A stretch of DNA of 20,000 nucleotides from the NCBI GenBank assembly GCA_000934665.2, contig JYFJ02001425.1:61002-81001 (forward strand), given 5' to 3'. Of the stretch, positions 1 to 10,688 are shown piece after piece. The stretch comes from Catajapyx aquilonaris. Taxonomy: Eukaryota. Both the position numbers and the translations under genes were made by a program. The notes under the pieces were generated by a model, which had not been told where the DNA came from, did not search any database, and saw only the letters and a program-made list of their open reading frames with translations. How positions within the stretch are numbered: position 1 is the first letter of the stretch; every line of letters starts with the position of its first letter.

Positions 1-457
1 AATTCTACTCGTTCCTCAAACACTCGACACAGCGGAGTTCATTACATTTCATTCTAGCCAGTGCAGTTTGCCCTGTTCAGCAACAATGGAGCCAAATTAA
101 TCCCCACTCTTTTCCTGATTATGAAAGCAATCAGTTTATTGTCGCAATCCCTGATGGGAAGAATGCGCGCGCTTGACGTGACGCTGATATTGCTTTGAGC
201 ACATCCTTTCATGCATTATGTAGCAGGTCTACTGGGATAATGACGACGGGCATAAACGCCCCCCACCCCCTCTCTTTTCCTGACAGCTGGAATGCACTAG
301 TTGATTTTATAATGGGGAGGCCTGCCCCACAATTGCGTAATGAAAGGGATCTCCTTGCATCTGAAACAATCATTTGAATTGAAAGGGATGGAATTAAAGT
401 GTGTGACACGCTTTTTATTGCACAAGCTCCATCCTTTAAAAAATGCACCCACTCTAT

Positions 458-952
458 TTAAAAGAATTGACTAGCTGCCGACAGTCCCGTCAGCAAACCC
501 AGAGGAATCGCTGCTAAAATCTGGTACAAAAAGAGGCACAATGAGGAGGGTTGTCTGCCCAGCATCTCCACGAAGAGAAGAGCCGCAAGTCCGAAGAACA
601 CTTTCCTCATATTAACCGCCGTTTGGGAGCTTGGAAAGTCCGGTCCCAGAGGTTTGATTAGACCGAAGATCAACGCCCACAGTGTCGTGTTGGCATAGCA
701 TACCGCCCCGTACTTGTAGAAAACCGGAAGGAAAAATGCGGCCAGGATGGCCACCACCACACTGGAGCCTGGCCTCTTCTCCAGCTTGTGGATGAATCCT
801 CCGGGGCCGAATAGCTCAGGCGCGGGCATGGCCCTCAGCACCATGGAGAGGATGAACACGTCCACACGTGGGTCTGAGCTGCCTCCAAAGAGACGGATCA
901 TTGACAGCAGAGAGATGACCATGACCACATATTGCGAGTGAATGATCGCCAT
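458..952 (-). CDS. Orphan 164-aa hydrophobic protein, about 5-6 predicted membrane segments (MAIIHSQYVVMVISLL...GLLTGLSAASQFF), single coding exon
   Basis: Uninterrupted 495-nt GC-richer ORF; ATG at 952 immediately follows an acceptor (tttgcag|G ATG); matching donor CAAG|gtaagg at 1013 gives a 60-nt 5'UTR intron (1013-954), the same size as other introns here; AATAAA at 419-414 about 40 nt after the stop. No family recognised. Confidence 0.65.
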   Translation of the reverse strand: MAIIHSQYVVMVISLLSMIRLFGGSSDPRVDVFILSMVLRAMPAPELFGPGGFIHKLEKRPGSSVVVAILAAFFLPVFYKYGAVCYANTTLWALIFGLIKPLGPDFPSSQTAVNMRKVFFGLAALLFVEMLGRQPSSLCLFLYQILAAIPLGLLTGLSAASQFF

Positions 953-1380
953 CCTGCAAACAGAATTGGACACGTGAGAAGCCCCTTTTTTGTTCAACAG
1001 GGACCTTCCTTACCTTGCTCGACAGCAGACCGAGGAGTAAATAAAATCCGGGAAGGGGGGACAACCGGGTCAAGGGGCTTTTTATCGGCCACAGGGCATG
1101 ACGGGAGTTTGACGCTGTTTTCGTGTATAGAAGAGGGTGCATTTGACAATAATGGGGCGATCCGAGGATTTCCAAGGCTACGTCACTCGAGGAAATTGTA
1201 ACCATAACAACAATAACGGTCAAGTGGTCAAGTGTCAGCTTATCTTGTGGAGTGGAATTTAAGTTTTGAATACATTCTTGTTTGAAAAACTCTTCGGATT
1301 TTTATGCAAGTCATTGCCCAGTCTAATGAACGTGATCCTGATTTTTGTCTCCCGCACTCATTTGTTACTGAAGTCTCTTG

Positions 1381-1393
1381 GACCACCCTGTAT
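1381..1393 (-). mobile_element. Solitary Tc1/mariner-type terminal sequence (TACAGGGTGGTCC)
   Basis: Matches the typical TA-CAGGGTG end of Tc1/mariner-family elements; partner end not found in the window. Confidence 0.3.
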
Positions 1394-2048
1394 GTCAAAT
1401 GTAGTTCCTAGTTACAAATAGCGTAGGCGGAACTTCATGTACTGCTCTCTTTAGCGAACTGCACGATAGTGAGAATAAACCGCTCTTGGGAGCTGATAAA
1501 AATTCCTGCAAAGTAATTGGTGAGCTGGCCATCAACTCGTCTCATTAGCATGCACTCCTCCTTTTTGCGACCAGACAAAAACCATGGAGCGTAACTGTTT
1601 CGAAGAGCTTGACGAGCTTGAAGATCATCCTTCCTCGTTGAGACGTCAGTGGTGGAGAGGTGCTAAATGTGGCTCCATCCCTCCCTCTTTACCCTCGATT
1701 GTCCCACTCCTCCTCCACATACCACACATGATGATAAAGTGTGAGTATATGAGTGTAGGCGGCTTATGAGAACAAAAGGTCGAGAGGAGAGAGAGAGCCC
1801 AAGCAGGAAGGAAATCCTCTGCTTCCCTTAACCATCACTCGTGGACAACACAACATCAGAGAGTTGGACCATTTTTTTTTATTCGGCTTCATTATTGTTT
1901 TTTTTTTTGTCTCTCTCTTCATCTGATAGAGCGTGGTAGTTGTATACAGTAGATACAAAGGACCTTGGCGAATAGCCGACGGGGCGGGGATGCTGTCGAG
2001 AGTCGCCAATTGAGTCGGAGGGCCTCTTGTGCTGACCCACTACTCCCA

Positions 2049-3045
2049 TCACGGTTTGGGATAACCGGGACACCTAATTCGAGGGCAGCAGTGAGGGAAC
2101 TGAAGGGACAGGTTCTCGGGCTCGATCCGGCATCTCGAGTGCATCGGAAGCTTCGGAACAGGCTCGCATCTGAAGTGTATGCCAAAAAAATTAAATATTC
2201 GTCCATGCTATAGTGACATATTGTGCAATTATTGAAAAATGAGCATACCCGAATCCCCAGACGGTTCCGTTGGTGCATTTGGCTTCTTCGCATGTTGCGG
2301 TGGGCCAGGCGGTACCCGATGGGACCATCATGCCCAGTTCGGCGGCATAGCACGTGCGGAGATTCGCATGTTTTTCCCTGTTCTCCTCGGTGTCTTCCTC
2401 GTAGTAGTAGAATGTCCGGTCATCTACGGATCTGGCATACTCGGCTGCAGAGAATCCAAAATTTCGGAAATTAATATTTGGGTGTGAGTGTATGCTGTCC
2501 ATGGATTTTCAATACAGTACATTTCCGTCGCTTATAACGAATCTTTGTCGAAATTTAATTTCCAAAAAGGTCGAAAAATGTGAAAGATTTTAGGGACGGA
2601 AGGGACTCCACCATCGATGGAAGTTACGGTACTAATGTAATACCATCAGAATTGTTACTTCATCCATAAGCAAACAATGACTGTATGATGGCAACTGGAA
2701 GCTGATCACACATAAAAAGATTGATATGTCACTTGTCGCATGAGGAGAAATATACACATAAATTTATTACACGTACAATGAAACATGATCCGCACCTGAC
2801 ATCTCTTACATATAACACCATAATTATGTAACACCTTGACACATTCCAAGCCAACCAACACGGGACCCAACAGCGTTCAAGTTTTCCCGGGCCTCAAACT
2901 TGAACTTGTCAAAATGTTTCAAACTTATGAGCTAATAAATGGAATGGAACTGACCGTCGTCTTCGGACCAAATGACCGAGGGCCATCCGAGTACCAGAGT
3001 GGTACAGGCGAGGAGGAAGCAGAGTCGGAGCCAGGCCGTCATCAT
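2049..3045 (-). CDS. SVWC-domain secreted protein 1 (135 aa) with acidic N-terminal extension; exons 3045-2955, 2444-2249, 2169-2049
   Basis: MMTAWLRLCFLLACTTLVLG signal peptide; ...TCYAAELGMMVPSGTAWPTATCEEAKCTNGTVWGFGCEPVPKLPMHSRCRIEPENLSLQFPHCCPRIRCPGYPKP; 8 Cys with FPxCCPxxxC end; GT-AG introns phase 1 and 2; AATAAA at 1883-1878. Exon 1 assignment is slightly less certain (510-nt intron). Confidence 0.88.
2517..2606. mobile_element. Short degenerate MITE-like element in SVWC1 intron 1
   Basis: Imperfect inverted ends ttccgtcgctta...aatcttt / aaagattttagggacggaa, resembling the CTCCGTCCC...GGGACGGAG ends of Stowaway/mariner-type MITEs. Confidence 0.35.
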
Positions 3046-3599
3046 CTGACACAAGAGTCGGACCGAGTGTGACTGACTTGATAGTCCAAAAGAGTTGGCG
3101 GACAGGGGCTGAAAGTAGCCGGCCCTCTTCAAACAGGCTACTTACTTGTAATAGTTAAAGCAGCCAGCTATTGTTCTCAGAACGTGGTTGACGCAATGCT
3201 GTTTGATGCAGCTCAAATTTTAGAAGTGACGAATAGGATTATTTAGTCGAGTGGAATACTTTTAAAAAGTTACAGGCTACCAGTGGGTGACAAAATGTGA
3301 CATCACATTGCAATACACATACGGAAATTTTAAATGTAACTTTCTTCAAGTCCATAACAGTTCTTATTATTGGTATTACAAATGTGAAAATTATTTAATA
3401 TTTGACATTTTTGTTACTTTATGCATAATGGGACTGGTTTGCCCTTAAGAAAAAAAAGCGGTCTTTACAATTTATTATTTTGTGTCATTATCAAAAAATA
3501 TGAAAGGCTATCCGACTACTCTGATGTGACACAATGCTATTGTGGAGTATTAGCTAAGTCCATCACTAGCGACCTTGCCGCATCCTTTTGCTCTCAGAA

Positions 3600-3646
3600 T
3601 AAGGGGGCTGGTTGAGTGAGAGGGAAGGAGAGAGACCACACATGTG

Positions 3647-3680
<34 letters not shown>

Positions 3681-3963
3681 CAGAGGGCGGGGGCAGGGCC
3701 CAGGGCCGCCCCCCATCTCCCTCTCGTCCTACGCATTTCCGCCCCTGGGAGTGCGTAGTGCGTGGGGGGGCCTGATTCCTGATAGCCACTTATACTCATT
3801 TAGGGGGACGCCACATCTTCAGATACAGCTACTCAACTGCCCCTTTCAGAAAATATTGCTCTTATCAAAAGGTTACAAACATTGTTATGCAACTGGGGAC
3901 TGCCGGCTGCGACACTTTATATGCGATGGGAGCCGAGCTAAACGGGCTCCCATAAGCTCTTGA
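3600..3963 (+). mobile_element. Probable HINE/DINE-1-like (Helentron-associated) non-autonomous element, 3' portion; left boundary uncertain
   Basis: 9-bp stem hairpin ATGGGAGCC-N10-GGCTCCCAT (3926-3953) followed by AAGCTCTTGA, analogous to the DINE-1 hairpin+CTCTTG terminus; internal microsatellite and GC-rich block. Sub-terminal inverted repeat not found. Confidence 0.4.
3650..3677 (+). repeat. (AG)14 microsatellite
   Basis: Perfect dinucleotide run. Confidence 0.97.
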
Positions 3964-4791
3964 TATGTGTTGTTGATGCACGGTTCACGGTTTTTGCCAA
4001 TTAAGAATTCTTTACTCGTATACAATATGTTACGCATCTAAATCCTTGTTTTCTACTGCAAATCCATCTACAGTATACCCGGGCTTGTAGTTTTTATTTA
4101 TATAAGTGATTATGCTGTCAGTTGAAGTGTTTTCGGTTTAATTGCCCGAAAACGGTGCAAGCACTGGAGTCAGCTGCCGAATTTTACCAGCGTGTTCAAT
4201 ATTTTGCAATTACATAACAGAAACCGGCATTATGGGCATATGAAACTATCGAGGAATTTATTTTCATGTGGCACATGTTGATTGGAAAAATTAATGATAG
4301 CTTATCATAAAGGAAGTCTAATCGCAACGCGTGTCAAAAAATAAATAAATTAACTAATCACTACACTGTGGCATGAAATTCTGTATACAGTAGGTTACTC
4401 GAACATCTTGCACCCTGACGTTTTGCGCGATAACCTGCAAGGTAGACTTTGTCCGACCACCATCGTTAATATATGTTTAACATTTAATTTTTTTCCCTAA
4501 TTTCGAGGAAAGTTTATTACATCGAATATTGTCCGATATAGCGTATGTAGCACGCCTGGTGCACATATCAGTCGGAAAAAATCTTCTGGTAAATGATTCG
4601 ATTCATCCGAAAGCAGCAATACTGTAAATGCAAAGACGTGAACGGCATACATGATCAATACGAAGAAATGACGACATTTGCATAATCAGGTGATTTTCGG
4701 ACACTAACACTCGCTGATTACGCGATCATTTCAAGGCTACCTGTCACCTGATAGCTGCATCCTTTGCACCAATCAAATCAGAAGGTACCAG

Positions 4792-4864
4792 CAGGAAGGA
4801 ATCGCATAAAAATAATCACGTGTCAACAAGGAAGTCGCTCTTAAACAAAGTGACTCGATATAAA
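4792..4864 (+). promoter_or_regulatory. SVWC2 promoter: CAGGAAG (4792-4798), ATAATC (4812-4817), TATAAA (4859-4864)
   Basis: TATA box 46 nt upstream of ATG; shared motif seen in paralog promoters. Confidence 0.65.
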
Positions 4865-4909
4865 TGCAGCACATTTTAACGCCTTGTTACGAGTTACGCT
4901 CTGCTCAAG

Positions 4910-5365
4910 ATGAATCGTCCTCTGCTGGTGTTGCTATTCCTCGGCGTCTTCTTCACCATCACTGCGGGTGTACCTCGTCCGTCAGGTACGTTTTTTTGAT
5001 CTAAATGTGCTGATATCACCCTATAACACTCGCATTTTGTTGAAGCTGAAGATGCGGAAGGTGACAAGGACTACTGCATAACAGAGACCAACGAACGAAT
5101 TCCAGTTGGAACTCACTTTGACATACCTGGCGTGTGTAGACCATACTACTGCGCTGAAGGAGGTCGCATATCATGGAATGGAGTGTACGTCAAGTGGTAG
5201 TTACATTTATATTACAAAATATACTAAGGACTTAAAGTTTTCAGGTGTGATTGGCCTGGCAACCCACCAGGATGCCATATCGAGAGCCGATCGGATGAAC
5301 CGTGGCCGAGATGTTGCCCTCACCTCGTGTGTACAGAAGTTGTTACACCCAGAAGACCCCAGTAA
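4910..5365 (+). CDS. SVWC-domain secreted protein 2 (111 aa); exons 4910-4985, 5046-5184, 5245-5365
   Basis: MNRPLLVLLFLGVFFTITAG signal peptide; DYCITETNERIPVGTHFDIPGVCRPYYCAEGGRISWNGVCDWPGNPPGCHIESRSDEPWPRCCPHLVCTEVVTPRRPQ; two 60-nt GT-AG introns; AATAAA 5400-5405. Confidence 0.93.
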
Positions 5366-6070
5366 ACTGACTTGCTAACATCAGGCAATAGGCTATTAGA
5401 ATAAAGGCATGGATTAAAATCATATGTATGCTACAGTGTCATTGTTCTTCCTCATAAAAAGTTCGATCAGACAGCTGGTCCCAAGGATCACCATCTTGAC
5501 CGTAAAAAATAAGGCTAAGAAATTAATGTAATAATTGGAGGGCGGTATGGAATACATTGCACTAATCTGGTCTTAAGTGGAGGCTATTGTAAGGGCAAGA
5601 CATTCTCGGTACCACCGCATTATATAATTACACACTAAGTACTGTCTGCATTGTTTCCGCGTTGCTCTTAGTTAGTACACCTCGGTCGAGAGTGTGTGCG
5701 CACATCCTTCAAAAAATGCTTTAATGTCACTTGAAGTCTCATGATTGACAGTGCAATTGGTGAGCATAGCAGTGACATAACTGCACCAAATGGAATGCTG
5801 AGTGTTCCTTCTGACTCACTTCACACTCTTCCGGTGCGGCTTCCTCAAGGCTGCTCGAAATAGGATATATACCGCCAGCAACTTACATAACTTCTGAAGG
5901 AACCTTCTTGATTAGCCCAGGCCGTCTTGATTAATAAAAAGTCCTTCCTTAAGTAGAACTCGTCCCAAGAATGCTCCATATAGCACGATTAATGGCTCTT
6001 ACATAACTCTGTTTTGAATTTTTCCGACCTTGTAGACTCCTTTTTTCCGACATTGAGAGTATAATATTGG

Positions 6071-6091
6071 CAGGAAGCCACTTTCATTATC
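6071..6091 (+). promoter_or_regulatory. SVWC3 upstream composite motif CAGGAAG-N8-ATTATC (ETS-like + GATA)
   Basis: Same motif, orientation and distance (~110 nt before ATG) as in SVWC2, 6, 7, 8. Confidence 0.55.
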
Positions 6092-6185
6092 TGTCTTAAA
6101 ATGATGCCAGTCAAGAAAACCCAAACTGGGGCTGCAGTTATCTGGGATCTTCCCGTAAGTCGTGCGTATTAGATCCGATCACATT

Positions 6186-6762
6186 ATGCGCTTGTGCATG
6201 TTGGTTTTCTTCGCGTCTCTTCTCGCCTTGACCTCAACCAGGCCTACTGACGATGGTGAGTCCTTGCCACTGGAATTACTTGAAATTATTGGCGATTTTT
6301 TTACTTGTTTTGTTTCTACAGATACAACATGTTTCGTGCCTGGAGTTGGTGTGTTTGAAGTAGGAGAGAGATGGGAGGACCCCAGATGCATGGTGGGACT
6401 TTGCATGAGAGGAGGACTCGTTGGCTATGCCATGTTAGTTCATTATTGCACTTTAGTCATGTGAAGACTTGAATTTCAGAACGGTCACATTTTGGTCGAA
6501 ATGGTGAAATAAGCTTTGTCCAGGTCAAGGATGAGCAATATTATATGATTGGTCAATATATTTGTGAGTGATCATGGTAATGACCAAGCAATGATCTTTT
6601 TTGCAATTGCTGTCTGTACTTATTATGCTAATAATTGTGCGTCGTTTCGACAGGTGCCCGAAGCCGACCGTCCCATTTGGATGCTACGTGGAAGCTAGCC
6701 CTGGAGAGCCTTATCCGAAGTGTTGCCCTGGGCTCAGGTGTCACTTTTGGGACAACAAATAG
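6186..6762 (+). CDS. SVWC-domain secreted protein 3 (96 aa); exons 6186-6255, 6322-6433, 6654-6762
   Basis: MRLCMLVFFASLLALTST signal peptide; TCFVPGVGVFEVGERWEDPRCMVGLCMRGGLVGYAMCPKPTVPFGCYVEASPGEPYPKCCPGLRCHFWDNK; 8 Cys; GT-AG introns phase 1 and 2. Confidence 0.93.
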
Positions 6763-7504
6763 ACGTAATAATTATTCAGCAGCCACATTTGACCGTGTAA
6801 TTAACTCACACGCGAAAATATATTTTGCTTTACAATGAACGATGATGTCTGGGTGACTGACACTGTATAAATTGTTATGCGCTGCTAAAGTCCCCAGTTC
6901 AAGGGGGGAGGTATTTGGGAAACTTATTTGCACATATCGCTTTCATTTCTCTGATGACCTCGTATAGTTCTCCTTACTGATATGTTTTGTGAGAATAGGA
7001 TATCAAGGTCAAAATTTTCAATGAATCGGAATGAGCTGTTTTAATAATGTTTCGCAAGAGTTTCTGTCACCATTGGGCGTTGCTATGTTGATGGGAATAT
7101 TGTGGCCAATATATCGTTGTTGCACTAATCACCCGGTCGAAGGAAGGTCATTTTAATGCTGAAGTCAGCAGACAACGACTCTTCTTGATGATTCCGAAAT
7201 CAAAGTATAGACTTGCTTGCATTTGTCGCTGAATGACCTGACCCCAAGTGATCGGCATTACTCACTGATATTTATTATCATAAGAAACATTCATGGAGAA
7301 TCAGCATGCAGCAGTCGCAATGAAATCAATATTGTAAATATTTGAGAGGTAATTACAATAAGTACTGTACTACGTACTTGCTATATTTTGTGGCATGTGT
7401 CATACGCTTATAATGACACAAAAATAATATTTAAAGCTGTGTGGCCAGAGAGTATACAAGTAGCCAATATTACGAATTAAAGTGATTTATGTGACGAAGT
7501 TACA

Positions 7505-8253
7505 TCATTTCTTTCCGAGATGATCTTCCACAGGGCACAGCACGTGAGGACAGCAATCTGGATATTGCCCCTCGCCATACTCGATGAGGCAGCCATGTTT
7601 GGCCTCAGGCCAGTCGCAACTGAAATATATTATTGGCAAATTATTATTTATCCTGCAGTGAGCCATATGTAGCAGCAGAATAATATGTTGTGGACGGATC
7701 ATTTTGCCATTACCAACCACAAGGTTACATACGTATCTAATAGGTATTAAATAAATTATACAGTATGTGCAAAGAATAATTATGCTTCATAGGTAACTGA
7801 TGCTCAAGACATATAACAAGTAGTAACGACAATGTGAACAATTCAGTTGGAACTCCTTGCATAAAATCTGCTTATGCATACAAACTATAATTATACTATA
7901 TCAGTACTTACCTTCCCGCTTCCTTTGCATGCCCGCCTTCTTCACACGCGTACATCACACATAGGCCAGGTTCATGAAACACATGTCCAACCGGGACGAG
8001 TTCATTTTTGGAAGTGGTGCAATACCCACGAAGATCCGTATCTGTATATGCATAAATGGGGAATATAATTTTCTTAGTCCCTAATTATATTATTCGATGA
8101 CAGGTTATTCATTGGGAATAGCAATAGATATCGCGACCAATTATTATTTTCCTCACTGCGAATCTTACCATGATGGCCATGCTTGCGCGGGAAGGCTCTG
8201 GCAATGTGTAAAACTATGGCTAAGGCAACGAGGAGAAGCAGAGAACGAGCCAT
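7505..8253 (-). CDS. SVWC-domain secreted protein 4 (109 aa); exons 8253-8169, 8041-7912, 7619-7505
   Basis: MARSLLLLVALAIVLHIARA signal peptide; FPRKHGHHDTDLRGYCTTSKNELVPVGHVFHEPGLCVMYACEEGGHAKEAGSCDWPEAKHGCLIEYGEGQYPDCCPHVLCPVEDHLGKK; consensus gtaag donors. Confidence 0.93.
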
Positions 8254-8278
8254 CTTGTCAGAATCCAAAGCTGCAGTC

Positions 8279-8315
8279 AACTGAAATGGCAACGAACTCA
8301 AATGTCCTTTTAAAA
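8279..8315 (-). promoter_or_regulatory. SVWC4 core promoter: TATA-like TTTAAAA (~8314-8308) and arthropod initiator TCAGTT (8284-8279)
   Basis: Canonical Inr about 25-30 nt downstream of an AT-rich box and 26 nt before the ATG. Confidence 0.55.
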
Positions 8316-8561
8316 GGCTGCTGTGACCATCCAATTATTTCTCCTCTCCGCCCACTTTCGATTATTATCGGTTACAAGGTGTATCCATTAGAACTTTGAC
8401 AAAGATATCAGTATAGCTCATTAACGTTTCCGGAATGCCACCTTCCCCTGCTGGTTTATTGACAGGTTGGTAATGCATAAACTTATAGGATTGTATGTAT
8501 CAAAAATAGACTATTGTCACTTCGGCTATATGGTTTTTACCGCAGTGTTATGGCCAATGCC

Positions 8562-8636
8562 TGCTGCACTTGCAGTATAGCTGATGCAACGTTATTACGA
8601 GGCGAATGTTGCATCAGCTACACTGCAAGTGCAACA
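8562..8636. repeat. 75-nt hairpin: 32-bp inverted repeat (3 mismatches) with 11-nt loop
   Basis: tgctgcacttgcagtatagctgatgcaacgtt (8562-8593) versus aatgttgcatcagctacactgcaagtgcaaca (8605-8636). Confidence 0.9.
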
Positions 8637-8738
8637 ACGTATTTCAGTGCATATTTTTATTCAAGAAGCGACGCGACGAGACGTACAGTACACCTCGCAT
8701 ATAATTATGTGCATTATGTAAATGCATCTACTTATCCT

Positions 8739-9035
8739 CTAGTCACATTTCAAATAAGGACAGGAATATGGGAACTTCCCGCCTTCGGATTGCACAATGT
8801 GGCAGCCACAGGTTCGAAGCTAGGGCACGAGCTAGGGTATTCACAGCTGAAAAATATGTGTAGTGCGGACCTATTGATTCGGGTTGATTTAGGAATAAGA
8901 AGGGATCATTAGGGCCTAAACTTTCAATGCATGGCGTATATGTTTCCAGGCAGCGAAAGACCTTGCATATTCCTGGCACGTAATATTCCTGGCCCACAGG
9001 GATACATACTCTTCAGTCTCCATCACTGTCTGTCT
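8739..9035 (-). pseudogene. SVWC pseudogene (copy 5); exon 2 remnant 9035-8921, exon 3 remnant 8846-8739
   Basis: IPVGQEYYVPGICKVFRC and CEYPS..FEP/GCHIVQSEGGKFPYSCPYLKCD* are clearly paralogous; in-frame TGA 9015-9013, expected phase-2 donor reads TT instead of GT, exon 3 has a 12-nt duplication plus 2-nt frameshift, CC changed to SC, no recognisable signal-peptide exon. Confidence 0.85.
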
Positions 9036-9711
9036 CTGAAATATTGTAATCAGTGAACCAATTAGGTAAATAATATTGCGCAGGAAAGACGCGGGGTAAT
9101 CTCACATGTAGCAGGCCTAACTTCCTATACAGATGATTTTGTAGCTGATTTTGTCGATGTGGCGAGAACCTGCGCTCTCTCTGACGGATTGCTTGTTCAT
9201 CGTTATCCATTTCCCTTTTTTATTTTATATCCTCTTCTGTAATTTTTCTTGTCCGGAAAGATACGAGTTTCATGCAGAATGTGACATTCCATAAAATGCG
9301 TGACCATTAAAAGGTTGCACAATTGGCTCAATTTTGCAGGATGTTGAAGGAGGCGCAATTGGTATTTTTATTCAGCTTGATTTATTTGTGTAACAGAATA
9401 AGTGGGCGAGTATGTGTGCGAGTATATTCCATTAAATACCTCTGAAACCTTTTTGCATAACAAAGGCACATCTATGGAATAGTTTATAATTATAATATAA
9501 AACTAATAGCGGTGCCAGTTCTAAACCATTCAAGTGCAAATTAAGATTTTGGTCCGATGTGAGTTCCCAACATAGCATCTATATAGAGATAATTTTTATC
9601 ATATGCTGAACTTTAATATATCCTATTGATAATAGTTTAATTAAACGAATGTAAAACAAATTTCCCTCGAAGTATTGTGTAGATAGTTGGTGACTAGAAG
9701 GCTATTTCCTG

Positions 9712-10219
9712 TCAGACATTATTTTGTTCCAGAAGGTCGGTTTCTTCGAGATTGTCACACACCTCTTGAGGACAACATTCCGGCCACTGTCCGCCACCAT
9801 TTTCGACGATGTGGCATCCAGGTTTGGCGTCACGCCAGCCACAACTGCAATAACATATTGCATGTTATATAATATGATACAGAAAGGTGTTATTACACGG
9901 TTTTCTCACTGTATACTGTTGTCCTTACTTACATGCCCGATCTCACTATATTCCCGTCTTCTTCACATCTGTACAACGCGCACCTTCCAGGCATATGGAA
10001 GGCTTGACCAGCTGGTATGTGTACATTTTCTAATACGACGCAGTATTTTCGGTTTCTTTCGTCGCCTATAGCAAGTAATTAGGGAATCTGATAAACTGAA
10101 TTAAAGTAGTCCTTATACCTCCTATCCACAAGAGTGTTACCGTTATCAGGGCGAGGGATGGCTCCAACAGTGCTGATGACCAATGTGAAAGCAAGCAGGC
10201 ACAGCAGAAAACGGTTCAT
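9712..10219 (-). CDS. SVWC-domain secreted protein 6 (114 aa); exons 10219-10141, 10065-9933, 9844-9712
   Basis: MNRFLLCLLAFTLVISTVGA signal peptide; KYCVVLENVHIPAGQAFHMPGRCALYRCEEDGNIVRSGICGWRDAKPGCHIVENGGGQWPECCPQEVCDNLEETDLLEQNNV; GT-AG introns; entirely missed by the ORF track. Confidence 0.93.
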
Positions 10220-10688
10220 ATTGGCTGGACTAACAAATATAATGTGACAACAATTTACATCCCCGTGATAATAATTATTGTCAGGTCCACTTCAGGCTGT
10301 AAGCTGATGATTAGCTCACTGCCTTCCTGTTGGATTTCCTGGCTGATACCTGGTGTTGCACAGCTGACTCAACAGCAATGTGTATACAAAATGATTAAGA
10401 ATCACAATAATTTATCAACAACACTGATGATAATGGTTTTTAAAAAATAAGCCTGGTTTATAATAGCATCCTGGTCATCAACTTAATACATTGAAAATAT
10501 AATTTTGTAGACGTCATATGTATTAGCCTCAGAAATACTTTTATTCAAAGAGTAGGATAAACTACAGTACAATGACGAAAGGAGAAATGCTTATTAAGAA
10601 GAATAAGAAAGTTTCGGGAAGTTTTACATGAGTTGTCTTGTACGGCCCTTAATATACCTGTAGGCCTATTAATTCGTCAAAGGTCTTC

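Noticed and set aside
1..410. Short ORFs and an acceptor-like site at 57 suggesting another gene
   Set aside because: All frames close quickly and no recognisable motif; cannot be supported from this window.
1584..1769. 61-aa ORF MERNCFEELDELED
   Set aside because: No homology recognised, no splice or poly(A) support.
1820..1870. LMLCCPRVM in a minus-strand ORF as a ninth SVWC remnant
   Set aside because: No preceding Cys4/Cys5, no final Cys, no splice acceptor; lies in low-complexity 3' flank.
9013..9015. In-frame TGA near the expected first Cys of SVWC copy 5 as possible selenocysteine, with the 8562-8636 hairpin as SECIS
   Set aside because: The copy has several independent disabling lesions, spacing to IPVG does not match Cys1, and the hairpin is a plain stem lacking the SECIS AUGA/GA kink-turn core.
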